Shown here one piece after another: positions 43,432 to 52,912 of a stretch of 64,000 nt of DNA (its first letter is position 1; the number at the start of each line of letters is the position of its first letter). The notes below the pieces were generated by a model, which worked only from the letters and a program-made list of their open reading frames with translations, made no database searches and was not told where the DNA came from. The stretch covers positions 1-64,000 of the forward strand of contig CBDCCZ010000054.1 in the NCBI GenBank assembly GCA_965215005.1, written 5' to 3'. The stretch is from Kofleriaceae bacterium. GTDB lineage: Bacteria; Myxococcota_A; Polyangia; Haliangiales; Haliangiaceae. The position numbers and the translations under genes were made by a program.

Positions 43432-45150
43432 TCAGAAGATGCATGCGGCAACGTCGCCCGCAGAGGTGCAAACGCCACCCAGTGGACACTGCGGCGCCGG
43501 GCCGTCGGGCTCGCACAGCGCGTGGCAAAGCGGCTCGCCGGAGCCGATGAAGCACGCCAGCCCGTCGCGGCATCCGGCCTCGCCGGGGCCACCGCAGTGG
43601 GCGCCTCGGCGTCCATCGGTGGGGACGTCGGCGACGTAGAGCAGGCGGCCGCGAACCGCCGCAGCGTCGTTATCGGGAAACGCTTGGCTGCCGTCGGTAA
43701 AGACCACCAAGAACGCCTCGCCAACGGCAGCGGCGGCTGGATCGAACTGGTCGCCTTGTCGCGTGGTGTTGGCCAAAACCGGTTGGCCGATCGGTAAGCC
43801 GGTGGGGTTGAGCGGTTGCGCCCAGACGCCGCAGCCGGAGCCATCGCCACCGGTGCCGCAGCCGTGCCATGCGGCTAAGATGACGCCGGTGGCGGCGCGG
43901 GCCAAGGTCGGAGTCGATACCTCGTCCGGGGTGGCCGCGGTGAGCACGATGTCGCTGCCGAGACGACCGCCCGTGGCTGGGTTGATCCTGCGAACGACGT
44001 GGGCACCATTCTCCAGCAGCGGCTCGCTCGACGTCCGAACGTTCCACGTGAGCCACACCTGCCCATCGACCCACAGCGCCTGCGGTGGCGAGATGCTGGC
44101 GCCCGCGTAGGTCGACAAGGCGACCGGCTGCGCCGTGCGAAAAACGCCCTGCTCATCCATGAATAGGCCATAAATGTTGCCGTCGTCGCGCCACACCGCG
44201 GCCAGCTCCAGGCCATTGCCCGACGTGGCGACCGCAGGATTATCGACTCCCAAGGTCGTGGCGAGCTCGAAGTCTTCGGGTGTGCCGGTGACGGGGTTCT
44301 GCACGGGTTGGCCATCCGGGCCGATGAATCGGGCGCGCAGCGTTCGCGCTCCGTCGCGGAGCTCTCGCCACGCGACGACGAAACGTCCATCCGAGAGCGC
44401 GGCGACCGCGGGATCGAAGGCGATGCGACCATCTTGCTGCGGCGCGACCACGGTGTCGGCGGCACCAATCAAGGCACCGCTGTCCGATACCAAAGCGCCG
44501 CGAATCTCGGTGAGGGTCTCCCAGACGACGAACCACGCGTTGCCGCCGCGGGCGACAGCGACGACCAAGCTCTGTTCATTGGAGCGGTTTACGATCAACT
44601 CATCGGTCGTCATGGTGACCTGGTTGACGCGCGGCGTTCCGTCGGGCCCGATGAGGCGAGCAAAGACGTCACAGCGGCTGGCGATGGCGCAGTCGCTGAG
44701 CCACACGACCAGCGCTTCGCCTTGCGAGCCGGCGGCGACCTGCCGGGCCGCCCGTCCGGGGCGCGTGGCGAGCCATTGGCTACCGGCGATGCTGGTATTG
44801 ATCACGAAATCGCTGGGCTCGAGAACGGCGGTGACGTCGACGCGCTCATCGGTGAGCTCGACGCTCGCGCTGCCCACGGCGCTCTCGAGGTCGGCGCCGG
44901 TGAGCGCGCGCAGCGCGATGTCGAGCTGGCCCGTAGGAGCTTCGGGGGTGATCGTGAAGGTGAGTGGGAAGCTCTTGCCGTCGAGCGCGAAGGTGCGTCC
45001 CACACTCTTGGCGCCACTGGTCAACGTGACCGCCAGACGACTCGCTTCGCGCACGCCCGGCCGCGCCTCCACGGTCACGTGCACCACGCTCTCTTCGGCA
45101 CACGCCGTCGCCAGAAATCCAGCGAGCACGACCAAGGCTCGAGGCACCAT
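43432..45150 (-). CDS. Lipoprotein, probable beta-propeller-like repeats and Cys-rich C-terminus
   Basis: MVPRALVVLAGFLATAC lipobox; repeated PAVA..GxFxVxW motifs. Confidence 0.7.
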   Translation of the reverse strand: MVPRALVVLAGFLATACAEESVVHVTVEARPGVREASRLAVTLTSGAKSVGRTFALDGKSFPLTFTITPEAPTGQLDIALRALTGADLESAVGSASVELTDERVDVTAVLEPSDFVINTSIAGSQWLATRPGRAARQVAAGSQGEALVVWLSDCAIASRCDVFARLIGPDGTPRVNQVTMTTDELIVNRSNEQSLVVAVARGGNAWFVVWETLTEIRGALVSDSGALIGAADTVVAPQQDGRIAFDPAVAALSDGRFVVAWRELRDGARTLRARFIGPDGQPVQNPVTGTPEDFELATTLGVDNPAVATSGNGLELAAVWRDDGNIYGLFMDEQGVFRTAQPVALSTYAGASISPPQALWVDGQVWLTWNVRTSSEPLLENGAHVVRRINPATGGRLGSDIVLTAATPDEVSTPTLARAATGVILAAWHGCGTGGDGSGCGVWAQPLNPTGLPIGQPVLANTTRQGDQFDPAAAAVGEAFLVVFTDGSQAFPDNDAAAVRGRLLYVADVPTDGRRGAHCGGPGEAGCRDGLACFIGSGEPLCHALCEPDGPAPQCPLGGVCTSAGDVAACIF

Positions 45151-45154
45151 AGAC

Positions 45155-45796
45155 TTAGAAAGGTACGTTACCGAGGTCGGAGGAGGGAGGGTCTGATTGC
45201 GTTTCCCATACGACCACGGCACCGGTGCCCACGGCCACCGCGGCGATGCCGGTCCAAAACCACCACTGCCGATAAATTGGCTTAGAGGAGCTGCGGGCGG
45301 TGGCGGCAGGCGGCGCTGGAGGATCGGCCGTGGGCACGGCGGTGGCGCTATTGGCCTCGGCGAGCTCGGCTTCGAGCTTGCGGATGAGCGCGAGCACCGC
45401 ATCGCGATTGGCTGCCTCCGGGCGCAGCTTGAGATACTTGCGGAAGCTGAACATCGCCGACCGATAATTTCCCAAGTTGCGATAGCACTGGCCGATGTTG
45501 AAGAGGAACTCCGGCAGCGGTTGCGCCTCGAACGCGGCTTCGTAGGCGGCCAACGCATCGCCAAATCGCCCCAGGGCGAAGAGCTTCTCGCCGCGGAAAA
45601 AGTGCTTCTTGGCAACCTCTGCGGCAGCTTCGGGCTCGTCCTGCGCGTTCGCGATGGGCGCGCTGCCAAGCACCAACGTGCATGCCAGCACCGCGAGCAG
45701 CGTTGTCACGAGCGGTGCTCGAAAGCGCGCGGGACCGAGGGCAGGACGCAAGAAGCTATGCATAGGCGACGGCACGACATGCGAGTGCGGCGGCAT
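45155..45796 (-). CDS. Exported TPR protein with C-terminal hydrophobic segment
   Basis: Signal peptide, AKKHFFRG..LFNIGQCY TPRs, YRQWWFWTGIAAVAVG. Confidence 0.8.
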   Translation of the reverse strand: MPPHSHVVPSPMHSFLRPALGPARFRAPLVTTLLAVLACTLVLGSAPIANAQDEPEAAAEVAKKHFFRGEKLFALGRFGDALAAYEAAFEAQPLPEFLFNIGQCYRNLGNYRSAMFSFRKYLKLRPEAANRDAVLALIRKLEAELAEANSATAVPTADPPAPPAATARSSSKPIYRQWWFWTGIAAVAVGTGAVVVWETQSDPPSSDLGNVPF

Positions 45797-45868
45797 GAGG
45801 AGAAGACGGGACGCCGCGACTGCCTCGCTGCAGACACGCGAGTGTGACCGTGGAAGTACCGCGAGTGG

Positions 45869-48061
45869 TCATGGATTGCCAAACGGATTGAGCGTGTCAC
45901 TCACGTCGATGTTGCGGCGCTCACGCTTGCGCGGCGGTTGCCGCGTGCGCCGCTTTTCCGGCCGCGGCGTGGCTTTTTCGGCCGGCTCAGCGGCGGGGGT
46001 GGGCTCGGCTGGGGGCTCGACAGTCGGCTCGACCGCCGTGCTGGGCGGCTCCTCCGCGATGGTGGGTGGCTGCGGCGCTGCGCTGCGCGTTGCGGCGAGC
46101 TCGATCTCGACCACGTTGGGCAGCGCGGTCAGGTCGAGCGTAACTAGATGATCGCGATAGCCTTCTTCCCGGAGAACGAAATGCCGCACGCCATCGGCTC
46201 CGGTGGCTGGCAGCTCGACGGTGACATCGCAGGGGGTTCGGCAGGTGGGGGTGCTGCTGCCGATGGGATAGACCGCGGCGCGCGGCGCCGACCGGAGCCG
46301 GACGGTGGCGGTCGGCCGCGACTGCGTATCGACGGTGACGTGGGGCTTGGCGATCGGTGTGACCACCGGGGGAATCGGCGCGGGGGCGGGACGCGCGATT
46401 GGCGTGGGCTCGGGCGCAACCGCGGGGGCCGGTGTTGGCCGTAGCCACAAGGCGGCGCCGACGAGGCCCACGACCACGAGCGCGCCAGCAGCCAGCCAGA
46501 GCCTGCCGCCGCTGGCGCGCCGGTCGCTCCACGTTGGCAAATCGCCCATGGCCATGGCGGTGACGTGGGAAGGCTCGGTCGGGCGCGGCATGCGCCCGCC
46601 GGATTCCGCCAATGCTCGGTAGGGAGCGGTGGGCGGCAGATGCTCGGCCCCGGACGGCTCTTGGTACTCGTGCGACTCCGACAGCAGCGCGTCTATCGAG
46701 GGCCCTGAGTAGCTCTCGCCCGAGCGGCTTTGCTCCCAGCCGAGCGCATTGCCAACGCGCTCGTCCCAGCCAAGCGCGCTGGCATCCGTGGGCGCCGGGG
46801 TCGCTGCGGCCATGGCCGTGTTGGTGAGCGGTGGCAAGCTCAGAGGCGCCATGGTGGCACCCGAAGGCGCCGGCGCCGGCAGCGGCGCGCCATACCGAGA
46901 TTCGTTATCGAAGGCGCTGAGTCTGTCGACGAGATCAACGCGCAATGCCGTGGCACTGGGGTAGCGGTCATCGGCGCGCTTGGCGATGCACCGCAAGATG
47001 ATCCGCTCAATGGCGGGATCGAGCGCGGCGCCGCCGGGGGTTTCGCGCGGCGCCGGCGGGTGCTCATTGAGATGCTTGCGGACGTATTCGCCAAAGGATT
47101 TGGCGCGAAACATGGGCTGGCCGCAGAACAGCTCGTACATGATGGCGCCGAGCGAGTAGATATCGGCGCGGGTGTCGACGGTGAGCCCGCCCGCTTGCTC
47201 GGGCGACATATACGCCGGCGTGCCGATGACCGAGCCGGCTGCGGTCTCGAGGCCGAGCTCCTCGTCTTCGCGGTGGAGCAGCTTGGCAACGCCAAAGTCC
47301 AGTAGCTTGACCAGGTCGCCACCATCGCCGGTGCGCACCAGGATCACGTTGTCTGGCTTGAGGTCGCGGTGAATGATGCCGTCGGCGTGCGCCGCTGCCA
47401 GGGCGTCGCAGATCTGGATCAACACTGCCAAAGCTCGCGGTTGCGCGAGCTCACCGCGGCGGATGGCGTTGCCCAGATTCTCGCCGGCGAGCAGCTCCAT
47501 GATGATGAACACGGTGCCGTCGTCGAGCTCGACGAAGTCGGTGACGTCGACGATGTTGCGGTGCCGGATGCGGTTGACGGCGCGCGCCTCTTGAAAGAAT
47601 CGCGCGACCGAATCGCGGCGCTCCGCGTACTCGTCGCGGAGCAGCTTGAGAGCGACCTCGCGCCCGAGACGAACGTGCTCGGCGAGGTAGACGCAGCCCA
47701 TGCCGCCGCGGCCGAGGACGGCGAGCAGTCGATAGGAGCCAAGAACCTGGCCGATGCGGTCCTCGGGGCGGTCGCGGGCGGGCGGCGGACGTCGGGCCCC
47801 GCGGGGGCTGGCGACGTCGGTCTCGCCTTCTCGTGGGCGGCCGCTGCTGGAGCTCGCCCAGCGGCTCGGCCTCTCGGCGCCGCCGGCGACGGATTCGGTC
47901 GGATCCACGAGCTCGCCAGGTGCTCCGGCGGCATCCGCTTCACCTACACCCGACCTGTCGTCACCGCCGTGGATATGACACCGTTGCCACATCGATACAC
48001 CCCAGGGGGGTAATCTTACGTTGCCTCTGTACGGTTGGGCAACGGCTGGATTTGCAGCCAC
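45869..48061 (-). CDS. Transmembrane Hanks-type Ser/Thr protein kinase (true start probably downstream, e.g. GTG 47908)
   Basis: LGRGGMG, VALK, HRDLKPDN, DFG, GTPAYMSPEQ; TM; PEGA-like TPC segment. Confidence 0.93.
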   Translation of the reverse strand: MAANPAVAQPYRGNVRLPPWGVSMWQRCHIHGGDDRSGVGEADAAGAPGELVDPTESVAGGAERPSRWASSSSGRPREGETDVASPRGARRPPPARDRPEDRIGQVLGSYRLLAVLGRGGMGCVYLAEHVRLGREVALKLLRDEYAERRDSVARFFQEARAVNRIRHRNIVDVTDFVELDDGTVFIIMELLAGENLGNAIRRGELAQPRALAVLIQICDALAAAHADGIIHRDLKPDNVILVRTGDGGDLVKLLDFGVAKLLHREDEELGLETAAGSVIGTPAYMSPEQAGGLTVDTRADIYSLGAIMYELFCGQPMFRAKSFGEYVRKHLNEHPPAPRETPGGAALDPAIERIILRCIAKRADDRYPSATALRVDLVDRLSAFDNESRYGAPLPAPAPSGATMAPLSLPPLTNTAMAAATPAPTDASALGWDERVGNALGWEQSRSGESYSGPSIDALLSESHEYQEPSGAEHLPPTAPYRALAESGGRMPRPTEPSHVTAMAMGDLPTWSDRRASGGRLWLAAGALVVVGLVGAALWLRPTPAPAVAPEPTPIARPAPAPIPPVVTPIAKPHVTVDTQSRPTATVRLRSAPRAAVYPIGSSTPTCRTPCDVTVELPATGADGVRHFVLREEGYRDHLVTLDLTALPNVVEIELAATRSAAPQPPTIAEEPPSTAVEPTVEPPAEPTPAAEPAEKATPRPEKRRTRQPPRKRERRNIDVSDTLNPFGNP

Positions 48062-48075
48062 CCCAAGAATCCCCG

Positions 48076-48651
48076 TCAGGCGTCGGTAAGAGCGCGAATC
48101 GCCTCACTTAGAGCCAGCCGTACTTGTGCCTCCGATTCACTGGTCAGACGGCTGCGCAGCGCTGGCAGGGCGGCGGGCGTGCCGCAAATTGCCAGGGCCC
48201 GCGCGGCGCTCGCCCGTATGTCGCGACTGGGATGGTCTAGGAGCGGGCGCAGGGGCTCGACCCCGCGCGGGCCAGCAACCACCGCCAGCGACTCGACTGC
48301 GGCGCGTAGATAGAGGACCTCGACACCGAATGCGTCGGTGCGTCCGCGGGCTTGAACGGCCTCGATGAGCGCGCGCTCGACCTCCGGGGTGGGGTAGAGC
48401 CGCAGCGCGCGGTACGCTCGGATACGCAGCCCGGGGTCGTCGTGCTCTGCCACGCCGCTGGCGATCGCCCGCAGCGATGCGGCCGGCTGGTCGAGTTGGT
48501 CGTCGAGCTGAGCGCGGCTGGGAACGAAGTCGAAGCCGCCGAGCACGTCACGAAGCGCGACGTCGCCGGTGGCCGTGACCGCGGCAGATACCGTGGCCGC
48601 GCTCGCGGCGGTCGCTATCAGCGCGAGCACCGTTTTGTACAGGGGCTTCAT
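48076..48651 (-). CDS. Exported HEAT-repeat protein
   Basis: Signal peptide; LLDHPSRDIRASAARAL-type repeats. Confidence 0.75.
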   Translation of the reverse strand: MKPLYKTVLALIATAASAATVSAAVTATGDVALRDVLGGFDFVPSRAQLDDQLDQPAASLRAIASGVAEHDDPGLRIRAYRALRLYPTPEVERALIEAVQARGRTDAFGVEVLYLRAAVESLAVVAGPRGVEPLRPLLDHPSRDIRASAARALAICGTPAALPALRSRLTSESEAQVRLALSEAIRALTDA

Positions 48652-50141
48652 CAGGGCGCCCCCAGCCCCGGGTACAGGCGCAGCACCTGCGCCTGGCCAG
48701 GGCTCAGCTCGGTCCCGCCGAATTCGCTGAAGTACATGAGATTGTTAGCGTCTTCGCCGCTGTCGGTGATGGGATCGACGGCACCGTCGGGCTCGCGGTT
48801 GCGAAACAGGCCCATGTGCCGCGCCAGCTCGTGCGCGGTGAGCCTGGCGAGCTCGGTCCAGCTGCGATAGCACAGCGTGTCAGTGGCGATGGCAATGCCA
48901 GAGGCGCGGGTCCCGCTGCGCCCCGGTGGACCGGGCGTGCCGCCGGCCAAGGCTTGGATCCCGGCTGGAGCGATGGAGCGGACGAAGAAGACGTGAATGC
49001 CGGTGTCGCTTCCGGACAGGGCGAGCAGCCGGGGCAGGTCGTCGGCCTCGAGCCCGTCGAGGTCGGGGCGGTTTTCGAGGTCGCTGTAGCGAAGCTCCCC
49101 AAGGCCGATGTCGGCCCGAGCGAAGATGTCGGCGAGCGCGCCGAGGTACTCCTCTTGGAACGCACGCGAGCGTTGCGCGAGATCGGCATCGAGCTCGCCG
49201 CCAAGCGCCTCGCGGCACGGGTGCTCCTCGAGATTGAGGAAGTGGAAGTGCAGATCGAGCGTGGCACCGTCGCCGAGCTTGTACACCACCGACACGTTTG
49301 GAACCTCGGTGCCGAGCTCTCCTCCTTCGAGCAGCGAAGACACCTCGACCCGATAGACTCCCGTCTCCAGCGCGACCCGGGGTGCGTTGGGAATGAGCAA
49401 CGTCGAGATGCCGGCTGCGGGCGCATAGCGAAGGACGTTTTCGTAGTAGCCGGCGAGGGTTCGCGGCGTCTGGTACAGAAGCTCGCCGGAGGGTGAGACG
49501 ATCTCCGTGGCGCCGACGCTTTGCTCGCCATCATTGACGGTGGCGATGAGCGCCAGCGAACGGGCATTGCTCGGGACCGGCACCCGCAGCGTGGTGCGTG
49601 GGCTATAGACGCCGAGCTCCGTCTCGATGATGCCGTCATCCTGCAGGCATCCCAGGAACAACGGCGCGCGATCTTCTAGTGAGAGGCGCGGGATCGACAC
49701 GCAGGCGGTTGCGCCTGGACAGTCAGCGTCGTCAGCGCACAGCTGCACGCAGCGACCGAGCGAGCACAGTCCTGACCGGCAATCGGTATCGGTTTGGCAT
49801 TCGCTGCCGGTGGTGGCGCCGGCGGCGGTGGCTTGGCAGGAACCGACGCGGCTCTCATCGTCGAGCTCGAGCTGACACGTCTGCCCGGCGCCGCAGTCGA
49901 GCTCGCGACGACAGTCATCGCCGATAGCGGAGCTCACCGCGGCGCACTCGCCCTGGCTGGTGCACTCGAAGCCGTCGCCGCAGTCGACGAAGGTTTGGCA
50001 GCGCGGGGTGCAGGTCGCAGCCAAGCACTGCAGCTGGGGCTGACAATCGCCGGCCTCTCCGCACGGCGCACCAACGCCGGCCTCTCCGCTGGTGCAGCCG
50101 CCCAACGCCAAGACTGCAACGACGGCATAGCGCGCTGTCAT
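48651..50141 (-). CDS. Cys-rich lipoprotein with C-terminal metzincin-like domain (atypical Zn motif)
   Basis: LGGC lipobox, C..DC repeats, HELARHMGLFR, Met-turn NLMY. Confidence 0.7.
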   Translation of the reverse strand: MTARYAVVAVLALGGCTSGEAGVGAPCGEAGDCQPQLQCLAATCTPRCQTFVDCGDGFECTSQGECAAVSSAIGDDCRRELDCGAGQTCQLELDDESRVGSCQATAAGATTGSECQTDTDCRSGLCSLGRCVQLCADDADCPGATACVSIPRLSLEDRAPLFLGCLQDDGIIETELGVYSPRTTLRVPVPSNARSLALIATVNDGEQSVGATEIVSPSGELLYQTPRTLAGYYENVLRYAPAAGISTLLIPNAPRVALETGVYRVEVSSLLEGGELGTEVPNVSVVYKLGDGATLDLHFHFLNLEEHPCREALGGELDADLAQRSRAFQEEYLGALADIFARADIGLGELRYSDLENRPDLDGLEADDLPRLLALSGSDTGIHVFFVRSIAPAGIQALAGGTPGPPGRSGTRASGIAIATDTLCYRSWTELARLTAHELARHMGLFRNREPDGAVDPITDSGEDANNLMYFSEFGGTELSPGQAQVLRLYPGLGAP

Positions 50142-50206
50142 TGGTCGTGGGCTGAGCAACGGCCTCGGCTCTCGCGTTGGGGGATGAGCACACACACCAG
50201 CGGGAG

Positions 50207-50218
50207 GAGTATATACTC
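50207..50218. promoter_or_regulatory. Palindrome GAGTATATACTC giving a TATACT -10 on both strands
   Basis: Lies between two divergent genes. Confidence 0.55.
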
Positions 50219-50246
50219 GCCGCCCACGGCGACGGGGAGTCGATTG

Positions 50247-50960
50247 ATGCTGCTCAGAATCACCTGGTTTGGCTCGCGGCTCGCGCTCGTTGGCGCAGCT
50301 TGGTTACTCATGCTCGGCGCTGCGGGGGTGGCGGTGGCGCAGGAGGCCCCGGAAGGGCCGACGCATGGCGCGTCTGAAGAGTTTGGCATCGGTCTGCGGC
50401 TGCGCAACGTACGGCTCCCGCAGGCGTTGCTCGAGCTATTCGTCGAGCGAGCCGCGGCGGGAATCAGTCAAGTCGGCATCGGTGTGGAAGGTATCCGCCG
50501 CACCGGCAACCTCGAGCTATCGGTGGGGCTCGAGTGGGACAGCTTGAGCGCCGAAGACGGGGTGTGGATCGAGAAGGGGGAGCAGATTCCGCGAGACGAG
50601 CCTGATTTCGTCCGTTTCGATGGGTTTGGCTGGATCACCCTCGACGCGATGGCGGCGTGGCATCGGCCGCTCAGCGAGCGGGTCTCGCTTCGCTACGGTG
50701 CGGGTCTCGGTCTCGGCATTCTGCTCGGCGAGGTGCTACGCACGGATTACGCATGTACCGGTCCTGAAATCGACAGCTGCAGAACGCGACCGGGCGGCAA
50801 GGTGGATGCTCCCGAGGAAGACATTCCGCCGGTGTTTCCGGTCATCAACTTGGTGGTGGGGGTGCAGGTCAAGGCGACTGAGCGCATCACCATCAATCTC
50901 GAGGGCGGGCTGCGGACGGTGCCGTTCATCGGCATCTCGGGTGGCTACTTCTTTGAATGA
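50247..50960 (+). CDS. Exported, probable outer-membrane beta-barrel protein
   Basis: Signal peptide, amphipathic strands, aromatic C-terminus GGYFFE; SD GGGGAG. Confidence 0.65.
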   Translation: MLLRITWFGSRLALVGAAWLLMLGAAGVAVAQEAPEGPTHGASEEFGIGLRLRNVRLPQALLELFVERAAAGISQVGIGVEGIRRTGNLELSVGLEWDSLSAEDGVWIEKGEQIPRDEPDFVRFDGFGWITLDAMAAWHRPLSERVSLRYGAGLGLGILLGEVLRTDYACTGPEIDSCRTRPGGKVDAPEEDIPPVFPVINLVVGVQVKATERITINLEGGLRTVPFIGISGGYFFE

Positions 50961-50979
50961 GCGGCTACTCGTAGCAGCA

Positions 50980-52875
50980 TCAGCGGCGCCGGCGAAGGTC
51001 GCCAACGCGGAGCGTTAGCTTGACTTGGTCGAAATGTTCCGCGAGCGGAATGGAGTACTTGCGGGACGCGCCAGTAAGCTCTTTCCACTGCCCAGGCGAG
51101 ATGGTTTGGTGGGCTTGCAGGTGCGCGATGAGCTTGCCTTCCAAGGCGGCAAGAGCCGCGCTGTCGACGTAGAGATCGAACTTGATCTTCACCAACGTGC
51201 CGGCCGCGAGCAGCTCGGCGAGTGCATCGTTTACCGCGGCTGCGGTGGCTCCTAGCTGCGCCGGTAGCTCGGCAGGACGCCGCGGCGTTAGCTGCCAATG
51301 GGAAAACTCACGCGCGATTTGAAGCGCCAACGGTGAGAGCGCGGAGGTGGCCGCTTGCGGCACTCGCACCACCTCGGCCTCCAGCTCCATGCCGTGCACC
51401 TCGACCAAACGCTGCACGAGATGCTGGTACCCAGCGGGTGCCAAGGCTTGCGGCAGCCGCGCGCGAAGCGCTGGTTTGGTCAAGGCGCCATCGGCGCGCA
51501 GGGCATCGAGCAGCACTGCTTCGAGCTCACTGGCGACGTCGCGGTGCAGCAATGGACCGCCGTTCGGATGAATGAGCACGCCGCCCATGATGAGCTGCTC
51601 GAGCGCCGCGGCGAGGGCCTTTGTGCCGTGGCCGAGCCGCTGTTGCAGTGCTTCGACAGTGAGCCCGCGGGCGCCAGCGTGGCGTACTTCGAGAGCGACG
51701 CGCGTCTCGCTCGGGGCTCGAGCAAGCGCCCGCAGCTCGGTGATGGCGACGGCGCCGCGGCTCTTGGGTGCCAACGCGCGCACGATGCTGCCGCCGCCCA
51801 TGGTGGTGCCGTGATGCTCCGCCGCGATGAAGCCGCGGGCGAGGAAGTGATCGCCGGGCAGCGCGAAGATGGGCTCCTTCTGGTCCAAGCGGAGCTGCAC
51901 GAGCGCTTCGTCGCCGGGGTCGAGCCGATCGCGATCGACCAGTACCAGCGACGCCAAGCGTTGCGCGCCCGCGTGGTGCAAGAGGATCTTGCTGCGCGTG
52001 CGCAGCGGGGCAGCAGCCGATGGCAGATGCCGGTAGCATGCATCGAGGATGTGCGAGGCGGCTACGGCGTCGCGATGGCTGAGCATGGTGCCGCGCGCGA
52101 GGTCGCGGAGGCTCCCGCCGCTGAGGTTGAGGGCGGCGCGCAGGCCGGCGTGTGCTCGCTCGACGGCTTGCCCGTGGACCTCGATGCCCCGGACTTTGGC
52201 GACGCGACCACCGGCGATCACCTCGTCACCAACGGCAACGGTGCCACCGAGGACGGTGCCCGTTACCACGGTGCCGAAGCCGCGAACGGTAAACACGCGG
52301 TCGATGGGCAAGCGAAATGGGCCGCTGGAATCGCGTGGCGCAGTGATCTCTGCCAGCCCTGCTAGATGCGCTCGCAGCGCATCGAGGCCGTGGCCGGTGT
52401 GTGCGCTTACCGCGGTGATGGAGGCGTCGGCGAGGAAGCTTCCTGTCAGCGCCGCACGCAGCGCCGCGGCTCGCGCAGCCAGCTGCTCGGCATCGACGCG
52501 GTCGCACTTGCTGAGCGCGACCAACCCGCGCCGTACGCCGAGCAGCGCGCAGACGTCGAGGTGCTCGCGGGTCTGCGGCATCACGCCCTCGTCGGCGGCG
52601 ACTACGAGACACACGATATCGATACCGCTGGCGCCAGCGACCATGCTCTTGAGGAAGCGTTCGTGTCCCGGAACGTCGATCACCGCGATGCGGTGGGCGC
52701 CGAGCTGCAACGGGGCGAAACCGAGCTCGATGGTGATGCCGCGCGCCTTCTCGGCCGGGAGCCTATCGGTGTCGACACCGGTGAGCGCGGCGACGAGCGC
52801 GGTCTTGCCGTGATCGATATGACCGGCGGTGCCGAGCACGATCGGGTGCGGGCGCGCAGAATTGCCGGAAGCCAT
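50980..52875 (-). CDS. selB: Selenocysteine-specific elongation factor SelB
   Basis: GTAGHIDHGKT, RGITIELGF, DVPGHE, IDRVF..GFGTVVTG, C-terminal SRKYSIPLAE winged helix. Confidence 0.96.
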   Translation of the reverse strand: MASGNSARPHPIVLGTAGHIDHGKTALVAALTGVDTDRLPAEKARGITIELGFAPLQLGAHRIAVIDVPGHERFLKSMVAGASGIDIVCLVVAADEGVMPQTREHLDVCALLGVRRGLVALSKCDRVDAEQLAARAAALRAALTGSFLADASITAVSAHTGHGLDALRAHLAGLAEITAPRDSSGPFRLPIDRVFTVRGFGTVVTGTVLGGTVAVGDEVIAGGRVAKVRGIEVHGQAVERAHAGLRAALNLSGGSLRDLARGTMLSHRDAVAASHILDACYRHLPSAAAPLRTRSKILLHHAGAQRLASLVLVDRDRLDPGDEALVQLRLDQKEPIFALPGDHFLARGFIAAEHHGTTMGGGSIVRALAPKSRGAVAITELRALARAPSETRVALEVRHAGARGLTVEALQQRLGHGTKALAAALEQLIMGGVLIHPNGGPLLHRDVASELEAVLLDALRADGALTKPALRARLPQALAPAGYQHLVQRLVEVHGMELEAEVVRVPQAATSALSPLALQIAREFSHWQLTPRRPAELPAQLGATAAAVNDALAELLAAGTLVKIKFDLYVDSAALAALEGKLIAHLQAHQTISPGQWKELTGASRKYSIPLAEHFDQVKLTLRVGDLRRRR

Positions 52876-52912
52876 GGCGGCACGCTACCCCGTTCGGGCA
52901 GAGCGTGCTTCG

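Noticed and set aside
44040..44055. Additional parS site (CGTTCCACGTGAGCCA)
   Set aside because: Only a partial match, inside a CDS; the same applies to the partial match near 35113
45151..45669. 745-aa version of the lipoprotein ORF
   Set aside because: The extension overlaps the TPR gene; the lipobox start at 45150 fits better
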